DNA of 64,000 nucleotides from Acidimicrobiales bacterium (GTDB lineage Bacteria; Actinomycetota; Acidimicrobiia; Acidimicrobiales; Bog-793): NCBI GenBank assembly GCA_050012675.1, contig JBEKGS010000009.1, positions 1,329 to 65,328 of the forward strand, read 5' to 3'. Shown piece by piece: positions 40,777 to 49,459 of this stretch (position 1 is its first letter; each line of letters starts with the position of its first letter). The notes under the pieces were generated by a model. It saw only the letters and a program-made list of their open reading frames with translations, ran no database searches and was not told where the DNA came from. The position numbers and the translations under genes were made by a program.

Positions 40777-41649
40777 GGCGGTGACAGTGGGCCGCCAGGT
40801 TCTCCGCTTCGCACCTCCGATTCTGTCGGGACACGGGCTCGACGCCCGGGATCAGGTGGTTCTCGGGGCCATGACCTTGGCCGAGCTCCACAAGAAGCTC
40901 GGCGACAGCGTCACCCTCGACAACGGCTACCGCCGGCAGCGGCTGGTGATCGTCGGCACGGCGACGATGCCCTCGATGGGCAGCGGCGGACCCGACGACC
41001 TCGAGATGGGAAGCGGGGCTCTTGTCGCGACGAGCGACTTCTCGGTGGCGGCCCTCAACGTGCAGGAAGACCCGATCCCCGGACCCAACGCCGTCCTCGT
41101 CCGCATCAGACCGGGGTCGAACCCCTCGGCCGCCTACGGTTCCCTGGTGCAGGTGAACAACGCAGTCAACGCCCTGCCCGACGACGACCAACCGGCGGGC
41201 GGGGTCATTTCTTGCTACGGCCGGCCGAGATCGTCAACTACCGGTCGATGGGAGCAATTCCTGCCTACCTCGGTCTGGGACTGGCTCTGGGAGCGGTCGT
41301 CGCCCTCGGTCTCACGCTGGCGGCTTCGGTGCGGCGACGGCGTCGCGATCTTGCCGTGCTGAAAGTGCTCGGTTTCACCCGTCGCCAGATCGCGGGCTCC
41401 ATCGCCTGGCAATCGAGCACGGCGGTGTTGGTCGGGACGATCGTCGGCATCCCACTGGGCATCGCGCTCGGGCGTTTCCTATGGGACTCCTTTGTCCACG
41501 AGATAGACGTGATACCCGTGCCGAGCGTTCCCGCCCTCTGGATCGCGCTCGTCGCGGTGGGGGGTCTGGTCCTCGCCAAAGTCGTCGCCGCCGTTCCGGC
41601 GAGGATCGCGGCCGGCGCGCCCACAGTGGCGCTTGTGCGCGCGGAGTAG
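40777..41649 (+). pseudogene. FtsX-like ABC permease remnant (5'-truncated, frameshifted)
   Basis: One frame reads PPILSGH..VIS, another continues LRPAEIVNY..RRRRRDLAVLKVLGFTRRQ; one base appears missing near 41212. Confidence 0.75.
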
Positions 41650-41751
41650 CCGGATGCGCCGGGCGAGCCGGCTCCCGCCCAATTGCCCGTCGACAAGGAG
41701 CCGGCACGACCGCCCAGAACCCGCCTGAGCGCAGCCAATTAGTGTGAGGAC

Positions 41752-42648
41752 ATGGGTGCTCTCCTCGAGCTCGAGAAGCTGAGCCGTCGTTACGGGACCA
41801 TCACCGCCTTGGACAATCTCTCCTTTTCCGTCCCGGCCGGGCAGGTCGTGGGATTTCTGGGACCGAACGGGGCAGGCAAGACGACCACGATGAGGGCCGT
41901 GTTCGGCCTCACCGATCTCGACGCCGGGACGGTCAAGTGGGACGGCGCTCCGGTCGGTCAGAGCGAAAGGCGCCGCTTCGGGTACATGCCCGAGGAACGG
42001 GGGCTCTACCCGGCCATGCTCGTGGGCGAGCAGCTCGAGTACCTCGGGAGACTGCACGGCATGAGCGCGGTCGACGCCCGGTCCGCCACGACCAGTTGGC
42101 TGGAACGCCTGGGGATCGAGGACCGCGTCCGGAGCAAGGTTGACGCTCTCTCGCACGGGAACCAGCAACGGGTTCAGCTTGCTGCTGCCTTGTTGCACGG
42201 CCCCGAGGTGCTGATCTTGGACGAGCCGCTGGCGGGACTTGACCCGACGGGGATCGACGCCATCGGCGCCGTGCTCGTCGAGCAGGCACGTTCGGGTTGC
42301 TGTGTGCTTTTCTCCAGTCACCAGCTCGACCAGGTCGAGGACCTTTGCGAGTCGGTCACGATCATCGACCATGGCCGTCTGGTCGTGGCTGGAAAGGTGG
42401 ACGACCTGGCCCGCAGCGGCGCTCGTCGCCTGGTCGTGCGCGTGGAAGGGGATCGGGAGGCCCTGTGGGCGAAAGGCCTCCCCGGCGTGAGCGTCTCGGA
42501 GGTCACAGCGGGTGCCGTCCGACTCGTGCTCGACGACGCGGTGGACAGCGAGTCCGTCTTGCGCGCCGCCATGGCTGCGGGTCGTGTCAGTGAGTTCGTC
42601 TTCCGGCGTCGCCGCCTGTCGGAGGTCTTCCGGGAGGCGTTGGCGTGA
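41752..42648 (+). CDS. ABC-2 type transporter ATP-binding protein
   Basis: GPNGAGKT, LSHGNQQR, DEP and SSH motifs. Confidence 0.92.
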   Translation: MGALLELEKLSRRYGTITALDNLSFSVPAGQVVGFLGPNGAGKTTTMRAVFGLTDLDAGTVKWDGAPVGQSERRRFGYMPEERGLYPAMLVGEQLEYLGRLHGMSAVDARSATTSWLERLGIEDRVRSKVDALSHGNQQRVQLAAALLHGPEVLILDEPLAGLDPTGIDAIGAVLVEQARSGCCVLFSSHQLDQVEDLCESVTIIDHGRLVVAGKVDDLARSGARRLVVRVEGDREALWAKGLPGVSVSEVTAGAVRLVLDDAVDSESVLRAAMAAGRVSEFVFRRRRLSEVFREALA

Positions 42649-43943
42649 AACAGGCGGTCATCCTCATCGTCGTGGCTGCCGTGCTCATCCTCAGACTGCG
42701 GAGCCGCATCAAGCGCAGGTCGGGCGGCCAAAAGCCTGCCTGGTCCGGGTGGGGGGCCGTCACGAGCGACGTGGGCCTGGTAGCGGCCCGGGAAATGCGA
42801 GAGAGGTTCCGCGGCCGGATCTTCCGCGCCGGCACCCTGCTCGTGCTGGCCGGTGTTGCGGCGGCGATCGTCATCCCCACCCTCGACAAAGGGACTCCCG
42901 CGCCCCAGAAGGTGGATCTCGTCGGGACCCGTTCGGCTCAGTTGCGGGCGACCGTGGTGTCGTCGGCCGAAAGCGTCGGTACCAAGGTCCACTTCCTGTC
43001 GACAAGCGAGGAGACGGCATACGCGGACCTGCGCTCCGGGCGGGTTGACCTGGCCATCATTGCGGGCAGGGAACTGGTCGTGAACAAGCCGATCGCGTCG
43101 ACGGACACCTCGACGACCGCTCAGTTCGTGCTCTCCTTGGCACAGCAGCTCGGTGTTGCCGAGGCGCTCGCGGCCGCCCATCTCTCCCCGGCACAGTCCT
43201 CTGCGCTGGCGAGTGCCGGGGCGCTGCCTGTTCGCAGCCTGCAACCCGGTGCGGCGAAAGGAGCAGCACACACGACGTCGTTGATTGGGCTCATCCTCAT
43301 ATTCGTGATGCTCACGCAGTACAACACCTGGACCCTGATCGGGGTCATGGAGGAGAAGTCGAGCCGTGTGATCGAAGTGCTCCTGGCGACCGTTCGCCCC
43401 ATTCAGCTCCTCACCGGCAAGGTGCTCGGGATCGGGCTCGTCGCGTTCGCGCAGGCCTCACTGATCGTGGTGTTCGCCCTGGCACTGGCGAAGAGCGTCG
43501 GCTCGGACCTCCTGCACGGAACCGCGCCTGTTGTGGTCGTGAGCACCCTCGTGTGGCTGCTTTTGGGCTACGCCTTCTACTGCTGGGTCTATGCGGCGGC
43601 AGGTTCCCTCGCCCAGCGCCAGGACCAGGTGCAGAGCCTCGCCTTCCCTTTGAGCCTCCCGATCATCTTCGGGTACATCATGGCCATCACGGCCATTGGC
43701 TCTGGGAGCCCGTCGACGCTCTTCAGGGTGCTCGGCTACCTGCCACCGACGGCCCCGTTCGCGATGCCGGTCCTTGTCGGCCTCGGCGCGGTCACCTGGT
43801 GGGAGTTCGTTGCATCGGCGCTGATCAGCGTCGTTTGCACAGTCGGGGTGGCGAGGCTGGCTACGAGCATCTACCGGAGGGCCATTCTCCGCACAGGAGC
43901 ACGGGTGAAGCTCCGCGACGTGGTGAGCTCTGCGGCCCGATAG
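42645..43943 (+). CDS. ABC-2 type permease (NatB/YhaP-like)
   Basis: EEKSSRVIEVLL and GKVLG; multiple TM helices. Confidence 0.88.
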   Translation: MKQAVILIVVAAVLILRLRSRIKRRSGGQKPAWSGWGAVTSDVGLVAAREMRERFRGRIFRAGTLLVLAGVAAAIVIPTLDKGTPAPQKVDLVGTRSAQLRATVVSSAESVGTKVHFLSTSEETAYADLRSGRVDLAIIAGRELVVNKPIASTDTSTTAQFVLSLAQQLGVAEALAAAHLSPAQSSALASAGALPVRSLQPGAAKGAAHTTSLIGLILIFVMLTQYNTWTLIGVMEEKSSRVIEVLLATVRPIQLLTGKVLGIGLVAFAQASLIVVFALALAKSVGSDLLHGTAPVVVVSTLVWLLLGYAFYCWVYAAAGSLAQRQDQVQSLAFPLSLPIIFGYIMAITAIGSGSPSTLFRVLGYLPPTAPFAMPVLVGLGAVTWWEFVASALISVVCTVGVARLATSIYRRAILRTGARVKLRDVVSSAAR

Positions 43944-44002
43944 CCGGCGGATCGGGCTGTGATGCGAGGCCCGCCCAGACCGGACCGACCCCGGTCCCGG
44001 CC

Positions 44003-44443
44003 TCAAAGAGCGTCGGCTTCAAGGAGCTCTTTCAAGTTCTCCGTTGCCGTCTCGAACTGCCTCTTTGTCATTCTCACCACGACTGGCTCCGCGAGCTTGA
44101 AGAAACCCTGGCTCTCGCCCTTGTAAAGCGAGGTGAGCCGCGTGCCACCGTCTACTACTTCGAAGGTGTTGTCGATCTCGAGGTGGAAAGGCCCGGACGT
44201 GGTCTTGGTGGCGAACCTCTCGTTGGGCACGTACTCGACGTACTCGGAGGTCGACTCGAAGTTGCGCCCGAGGAACCTGCCGACGTAGACGACGGTGCTG
44301 CCTACTGCGAGCGGGCCATCCTCACCGCGCCGCACCTCGACGGCGGCGGGATTCCAGTCCGGGTATCTCCCGAAATTCTCCATGGCGGAGAAGACCTTTG
44401 ATACTGGACAGTTGATGACCGTCACGGTCTCGAACTCGTTCAA
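44003..44443 (-). CDS. SRPBCC (polyketide cyclase/START) family protein
   Basis: INCPVSKVF..YPDWNP..GGTRLT..LKELLE pattern; TTG start. Confidence 0.82.
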   Translation of the reverse strand: MNEFETVTVINCPVSKVFSAMENFGRYPDWNPAAVEVRRGEDGPLAVGSTVVYVGRFLGRNFESTSEYVEYVPNERFATKTTSGPFHLEIDNTFEVVDGGTRLTSLYKGESQGFFKLAEPVVVRMTKRQFETATENLKELLEADAL

Positions 44444-44827
44444 CGGCTTTCACCCCTATCCTCGGCGTTGACCTGAGTACCGGCCCGAGCGCGAAAGCGC
44501 GGGCCTACCAAGGAAGTGTCGCTGCCACGCAGAACACGTCGAGGTGGTTAGCCTCACCGACCTGGTTCAAGCCAGTACGACGGGCGTGGACGCCGGTAGC
44601 GCGGACCTGCGCCCGGGCCACGTTCCTCGCCCCCCGGCCCGGGCACCGGTCAAGAGCGACTCTATTGGCCACTCGCCCTTTGTTGCGCCGAGTGAGCGTG
44701 AACATTGCGCTAATCCGGGATGAACATCTCCGGTCGAACCGACGCGGCGAAAAGGCGCGCCTGGACGGCGCACGACGCAGTTGGGTACGGGAACCGCTCT
44801 CGGACGAATGCCGCTGAGCGACGGCGC

Positions 44828-45067
44828 CTAGGCGGAAACCTGGTAGTGCCTCCCGCACGGACACAGCTTGTAGCTCGCACCGTGGCCGTGGATCTCGCAC
44901 CAGCCCAGCCTGAAGTTCCCGCTGTGGGCCTGCACGAGTTGCCAATGTTCCGGGCAGAGATTCACAGGCGCCACACGATGATCACCAACCGCGGCCGGCC
45001 ACGGATAGCTCTTGACGCCCTCCACGGTCTCGCAGAACACGCACTCGCCTGTCGCTTCTTCGGGCAT
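44828..45067 (-). CDS. Small Cys/His-rich putative zinc-binding protein (79 aa)
   Basis: RBS AAAGGTGAGG before ATG 45067; CVFC..CPEH..CEIH..CPC. Confidence 0.6.
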   Translation of the reverse strand: MPEEATGECVFCETVEGVKSYPWPAAVGDHRVAPVNLCPEHWQLVQAHSGNFRLGWCEIHGHGASYKLCPCGRHYQVSA

Positions 45068-45112
45068 AACCTCACCTTTCTCGCGTCTCAGGTTTGTGTC
45101 ACGTTCTGGGCC

Positions 45113-45136
45113 GACCCGGGGCGAATGCCCCGGGTC
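45113..45136 (-). terminator. Hairpin downstream of ssrA
   Basis: GACCCGGGGC-GAAT-GCCCCGGGTC, perfect 10-bp stem. Confidence 0.65.
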
Positions 45137-45150
45137 ATGCCTCAGAATCG

Positions 45151-45502
<352 letters not shown>

Positions 45503-45540
45503 TTATGGGTTTCGTGTTCCTGACACGAGGATATCGCCTC

Positions 45541-46086
45541 TCAGGTGCCTGGCCGCCTGCGCTGGTGTTCGCGGATGACGCGCTCCGCCTCCCGGTTCGC
45601 GTCACGCTCCGCGATGGCGTGTCGCTTGTCGTACAGGCGGCGTCCCCGCGCGAGCGCGAGCTCGACCTTGGCGAGACCGTCCTTGAAGTAGATGCTGAGC
45701 GGCACGAGAGTGAGAGCCTTTTGGGCGACGCGACCGGACAGCTCGTCGATCTGTTGGCGGTGCAGCAGCAGTTTGCGCGCCCTGACGGGATCGAAACGTC
45801 CATATCCGGACGCGTATTCATAAGGAGCCAGATGGGCCCCCAAGAGCCACAGTTCGCCGTCTTCGATCCTGGCGTAAGCGTCCTGCAGCGACACCTGTCC
45901 CAGTCGAAGCGTCTTGACCTCGGCCCCTTTCAGGGCGATGCCGCACTCATAGACCTCGAGGATGTCGTAGTCGTGCCGAGCGCGCCGGTTGCGCGCGACG
46001 TTGCGGAGCACCGGCTCGTGGGAATCGGCTGGCGCCCTGGGCTTACCCGGGCTGCGCTGAGTCGCGGCGGGTTTCCTCGTGGCCAT
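45541..46086 (-). CDS. smpB: SsrA-binding protein
   Basis: NRRARHDY, GAEVK, RKLLLH and YDKR motifs. Confidence 0.96.
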   Translation of the reverse strand: MATRKPAATQRSPGKPRAPADSHEPVLRNVARNRRARHDYDILEVYECGIALKGAEVKTLRLGQVSLQDAYARIEDGELWLLGAHLAPYEYASGYGRFDPVRARKLLLHRQQIDELSGRVAQKALTLVPLSIYFKDGLAKVELALARGRRLYDKRHAIAERDANREAERVIREHQRRRPGT

Positions 46087-46113
46087 CGCGCCAAACGCTA
46101 CCGTGCTGGCCTG

Positions 46114-46596
46114 ATGAGTGATTCCGAGCCCGCCCTGTCACAAGCGCCGGGGCCGTCGGCACCCGTGCCCTTGGCACAGGGCACGACAGGCCTGCGCTTG
46201 ACCCGATCTCACGTGGATGAAATGGTCGGGCACTGTCTGTCTGTCTACCCGGAGGAAGGTTGTGGCCTTCTCACCGGGGACCCGGTCTCTGGCACCGTCA
46301 CCTCCGTGCACCCCACGACGAACCGGGCCGCGTCGGCGCGCCTGTACACGGTCGATCCTCGTGAGCACCTGCTGATCGAGCGGGCCGCGGAGGCAATCGG
46401 CAACGCCGTGATCGGTGTCTTCCACTCTCACACCACGACAGACGCCTACCCGTCGCCGACAGATGTCGCTCAGGCGCCGGATCCGTCCTGGCACTACGTG
46501 GTCGTCTCGCTCCGCCAGCAAGCCACGGCAATTCGTTGCTACAGGATCGTGGAGAGCGCCGTGACCGAGGAGGCGATCGAGGCGAGTGACACCTGA
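46114..46596 (+). CDS. JAB/MPN (M67) metallopeptidase, Mec-like
   Basis: YPEEGCG and HSHTTTDAYPSPTD JAMM motif. Confidence 0.85.
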   Translation: MSDSEPALSQAPGPSAPVPLAQGTTGLRLTRSHVDEMVGHCLSVYPEEGCGLLTGDPVSGTVTSVHPTTNRAASARLYTVDPREHLLIERAAEAIGNAVIGVFHSHTTTDAYPSPTDVAQAPDPSWHYVVVSLRQQATAIRCYRIVESAVTEEAIEASDT

Positions 46597-46707
46597 GCTG
46601 AGCCGACAGTTGAGCTGTGCCACGGGCCGTGGCGTTCATGCCGCCTCGCGGTGCTCCTGTCACCGCGGCTCCTGGCCGCGCCCGCCCGGGCCGGGTACCC
46701 TGCCGGG

Positions 46708-47490
46708 ATGACCGACCCGCAACCGCTTCCCATTAGGCGCCCACGTCACGACGGTCGGGCAGACGACGAGCTCCGCCCGGGCTTTTTCGTCCGGGACTTC
46801 ACCGAGTTCGCCGCCGGCTCGGTGCTGGCGGTCTCGGGTCGCACGAAGGTCCTGTGTACCGCATCGGTCGACGAGGACGTCCCGAGATGGATGCGCGGTA
46901 CCCGGCGCGGCTGGGTGACCGCCGAGTATTCGCTGCTGCCGGGTTCATCGCCCGAACGTGTGAACAGGGAGGCGACCAAAGGCCGCCAGTCCGGGCGGAC
47001 CCAGGAGATACAGCGGCTGATCGGTCGGGCGTTGCGCGCCATCATCGACCTCGAGGCGCTCGGCGAGCGGCAGATAATCGTCGACTGCGACGTGCTGCAG
47101 GCGGACGGCGGTACGCGCACGGCCGCGATATCGGGCGCCTATGTCGCCCTACACGACGCCTGCTCGAGACTCTGCTTCCAGGGTGTGATCCCGAGCCATC
47201 CGGTACGTGAGGCGTGTGCCGCCGTCTCGGTCGGCATCGTTGAGGAGGTGTGCATGTTGGACCTCGATTACGCCGAGGACTCTGCGGCCGAGGTCGACAT
47301 GAACGTCGTGATGACATCCTCGGGGCGCTTTGTCGAGGTACAGGGGACCGCCGAGGGGCTGCCGTTCGCCCGTAACGAGCTCGACCAGCTGCTAGCCCTT
47401 GCCGAGCTCGGCATCAACCAGATCCTCGAGATCCAAGCTGAGGTCCTGGCGACACCCCCTGTAGACCGCTCCCAGACCGTCACACACTGA
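46708..47490 (+). CDS. rph: Ribonuclease PH
   Basis: [26 protein letters not shown] and EVQGTAE motifs. Confidence 0.96.
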   Translation: MTDPQPLPIRRPRHDGRADDELRPGFFVRDFTEFAAGSVLAVSGRTKVLCTASVDEDVPRWMRGTRRGWVTAEYSLLPGSSPERVNREATKGRQSGRTQEIQRLIGRALRAIIDLEALGERQIIVDCDVLQADGGTRTAAISGAYVALHDACSRLCFQGVIPSHPVREACAAVSVGIVEEVCMLDLDYAEDSAAEVDMNVVMTSSGRFVEVQGTAEGLPFARNELDQLLALAELGINQILEIQAEVLATPPVDRSQTVTH

Positions 47491-47528
47491 CTGTCTGGGG
47501 AGGGGCGGAAGAAGGTACGAGGTCCCAC

Positions 47529-48155
47529 ATGCGCTTGGTGTTGGCGACGGCGAATCCCGACAAGGCTGCGGAGTTGCAGGCCATTTTGCGAGACGAGCTC
47601 GATGACCTCGTCGAGCTCGTCGCCCGACCGCACGGAGTCGGCGCGGTCGAGGAAACAGGCGAGAGCCTCGAGGACAACGCTCGCCTCAAGGCTGTCGCAC
47701 TTGTGGCGGCCACCGGCGAGGCGGCTGTCGCCGATGACACCGGTCTCGAAGTGGCAGCGCTCGACGGCGCTCCTGGTGTTTGGTCGGCCCGCTTTGCCGG
47801 CGACAACGCCACCTACGGCGACAACGTCGCCAAGCTGCTCACCGTGCTCGAGGGCGAGGCCGACCGCCGGGCGTGGTTTCGCACCGTGGTCGTCTGTCGC
47901 TTTCCCGACGGCACGGAGATCATCAGCGAGGGCGTCGTCAAAGGCGAGATCCTGGCGGCCCCTCGCGGGCTCTCGGGTTTCGGCTACGACCCGGTGTTCG
48001 CGCCCGAAGGCGGGGGAGGCCGAACGTTCGCGGAGATGAGCACGGAGGAGAAGCACGCGCTTTCACACCGCGGTCGCGCCCTTCGGTCATTTGTCGAGAG
48101 CCTGAAGAGGTCAGAAGAGCTCGGCCGAGGCCCCTCGCCGGGGTCAGCAACTTGA
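47529..48155 (+). CDS. rdgB: dITP/XTP pyrophosphatase (HAM1 family)
   Basis: ATAN..K, DDTGL, SAR, GFGYDP and SHRGRA motifs. Confidence 0.95.
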   Translation: MRLVLATANPDKAAELQAILRDELDDLVELVARPHGVGAVEETGESLEDNARLKAVALVAATGEAAVADDTGLEVAALDGAPGVWSARFAGDNATYGDNVAKLLTVLEGEADRRAWFRTVVVCRFPDGTEIISEGVVKGEILAAPRGLSGFGYDPVFAPEGGGGRTFAEMSTEEKHALSHRGRALRSFVESLKRSEELGRGPSPGSAT

Positions 48156-48276
48156 TGATTTGCCGCGCCGCGCCATCGCGTCAGCGGAGCGACGTCTCCG
48201 GCCAAGAGATCTGGAGTCACGAGCGCGCCAGATCTTCGTTTTTCTGGCTGAGCGCAAGGAGATATACGCTTGGCCA

Positions 48277-48885
48277 ATGGCTGCGGTCGCGGGCAAGGGC
48301 GACAACGTCGACGACGTAGTCGACCACGTCCTAAGCACGCGGGAGCGCATCCTCGTCGAACGGGATGGTGCTCCGGCGGCAGTCATACTGTCGGCCCGCG
48401 AGCTGGAAGGTCTCGAGTACACGATCGACCTGTTGTCCGAGCCGAAGACGGTGCGCCGCATCCTCGAAGCCGAGGCTGCTCTTCAAAGCGGCAACCTCTA
48501 CATGGGTGAGGAGTTGGCGGCGCTCGACCCGGACGCACGTTTTGTCGTGCGGGCTGTGACCGGAGGCGTGGCGCTCGCGGCGGCGGTGCGAACGACTCCG
48601 GACAGCCGCTGGGGGCTCGTCGCGAGCGAGCCGGCGCGAAAGGCGCTCGACGAGCTCCAATTCCACGTCGCGGACGAGGCGAGGCGCTTCATCTTCGGCC
48701 AGCTGCTGGTTGACCCCGTCGCGTCTGGCGTGGAGCTTCATGGCTTCCTGGCCAGGCGCCTGGCCGCGCGTGTCGAGACCGCCCTAGTCGTCTACCGGCT
48801 GGACAGTGTCAAACGCGTCGTTCGCCTGGTGGAGGTGCTGAACATTGGTGGCCTCGTAGGCCGCCATGACAGCCGCCACTGGTAG
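48277..48885 (+). CDS. Phd/YefM antitoxin domain fused to a RelE/ParE-like domain
   Basis: N-half RERILVERDGAPAAVILSARELEGLEYTIDLL; C-half ARKALDEL..FIFGQLLVDP..G..LVVYRLD..VRLVEV; start uncertain. Confidence 0.72.
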   Translation: MAAVAGKGDNVDDVVDHVLSTRERILVERDGAPAAVILSARELEGLEYTIDLLSEPKTVRRILEAEAALQSGNLYMGEELAALDPDARFVVRAVTGGVALAAAVRTTPDSRWGLVASEPARKALDELQFHVADEARRFIFGQLLVDPVASGVELHGFLARRLAARVETALVVYRLDSVKRVVRLVEVLNIGGLVGRHDSRHW

Positions 48886-49459
48886 GGGTCGCCGATCCCG
48901 CGGCTTTTCAGCCGGCTGATGGGACACCGGTCGGGCTCTTTGTCTCGCGATTCCACGACGGCGCTGGACCAGAGGGTGGCTGGGCCGTCCGGGACGGCTT
49001 GCAGGCTCCGGGAAGGACTGCGTGCAGGTCTGTGACAAGGCAATCCGCGATCAGATGGCGCAGAGGCCTCGAGGCCGAGTGCGCCAGTCGACTCACCGCC
49101 GCAGGGCATGACGAGATCCCTCCCGGACGCGCTGACATCGGACGGTTGTGCTCGCTCGTCTCGAGGCGAAGACGCCGATCGGGTCTGAAGCCCAGCTGCG
49201 ATTGTGTCCATCAGGCGGCCGAACACGTCGTGACCGGCTCCCGCTCAAGGCGACCGAAGTTCGTTTCCTCGTCGCCCCGACACGATGGGAAGGGCGCCTC
49301 GGCGTGTGGGCGGCGAAAATGCCCGAGCCGGTGGACGCGCCTGAACCGGCAACCGCGTCGACTGCGAACAACCAGCCGGCGCTCCTCGGGCTCTCGGGTC
49401 TCGGCGGCCAGCATCACGGAGGCCCGCTGCCCGAGACGGCTAGAACGCGCCGGTCAAGC

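Noticed and set aside
48886-49459. ORFs in the ~570-bp gap after the Phd-RelE fusion
   Set aside because: No motifs or convincing RBS; possibly decayed sequence
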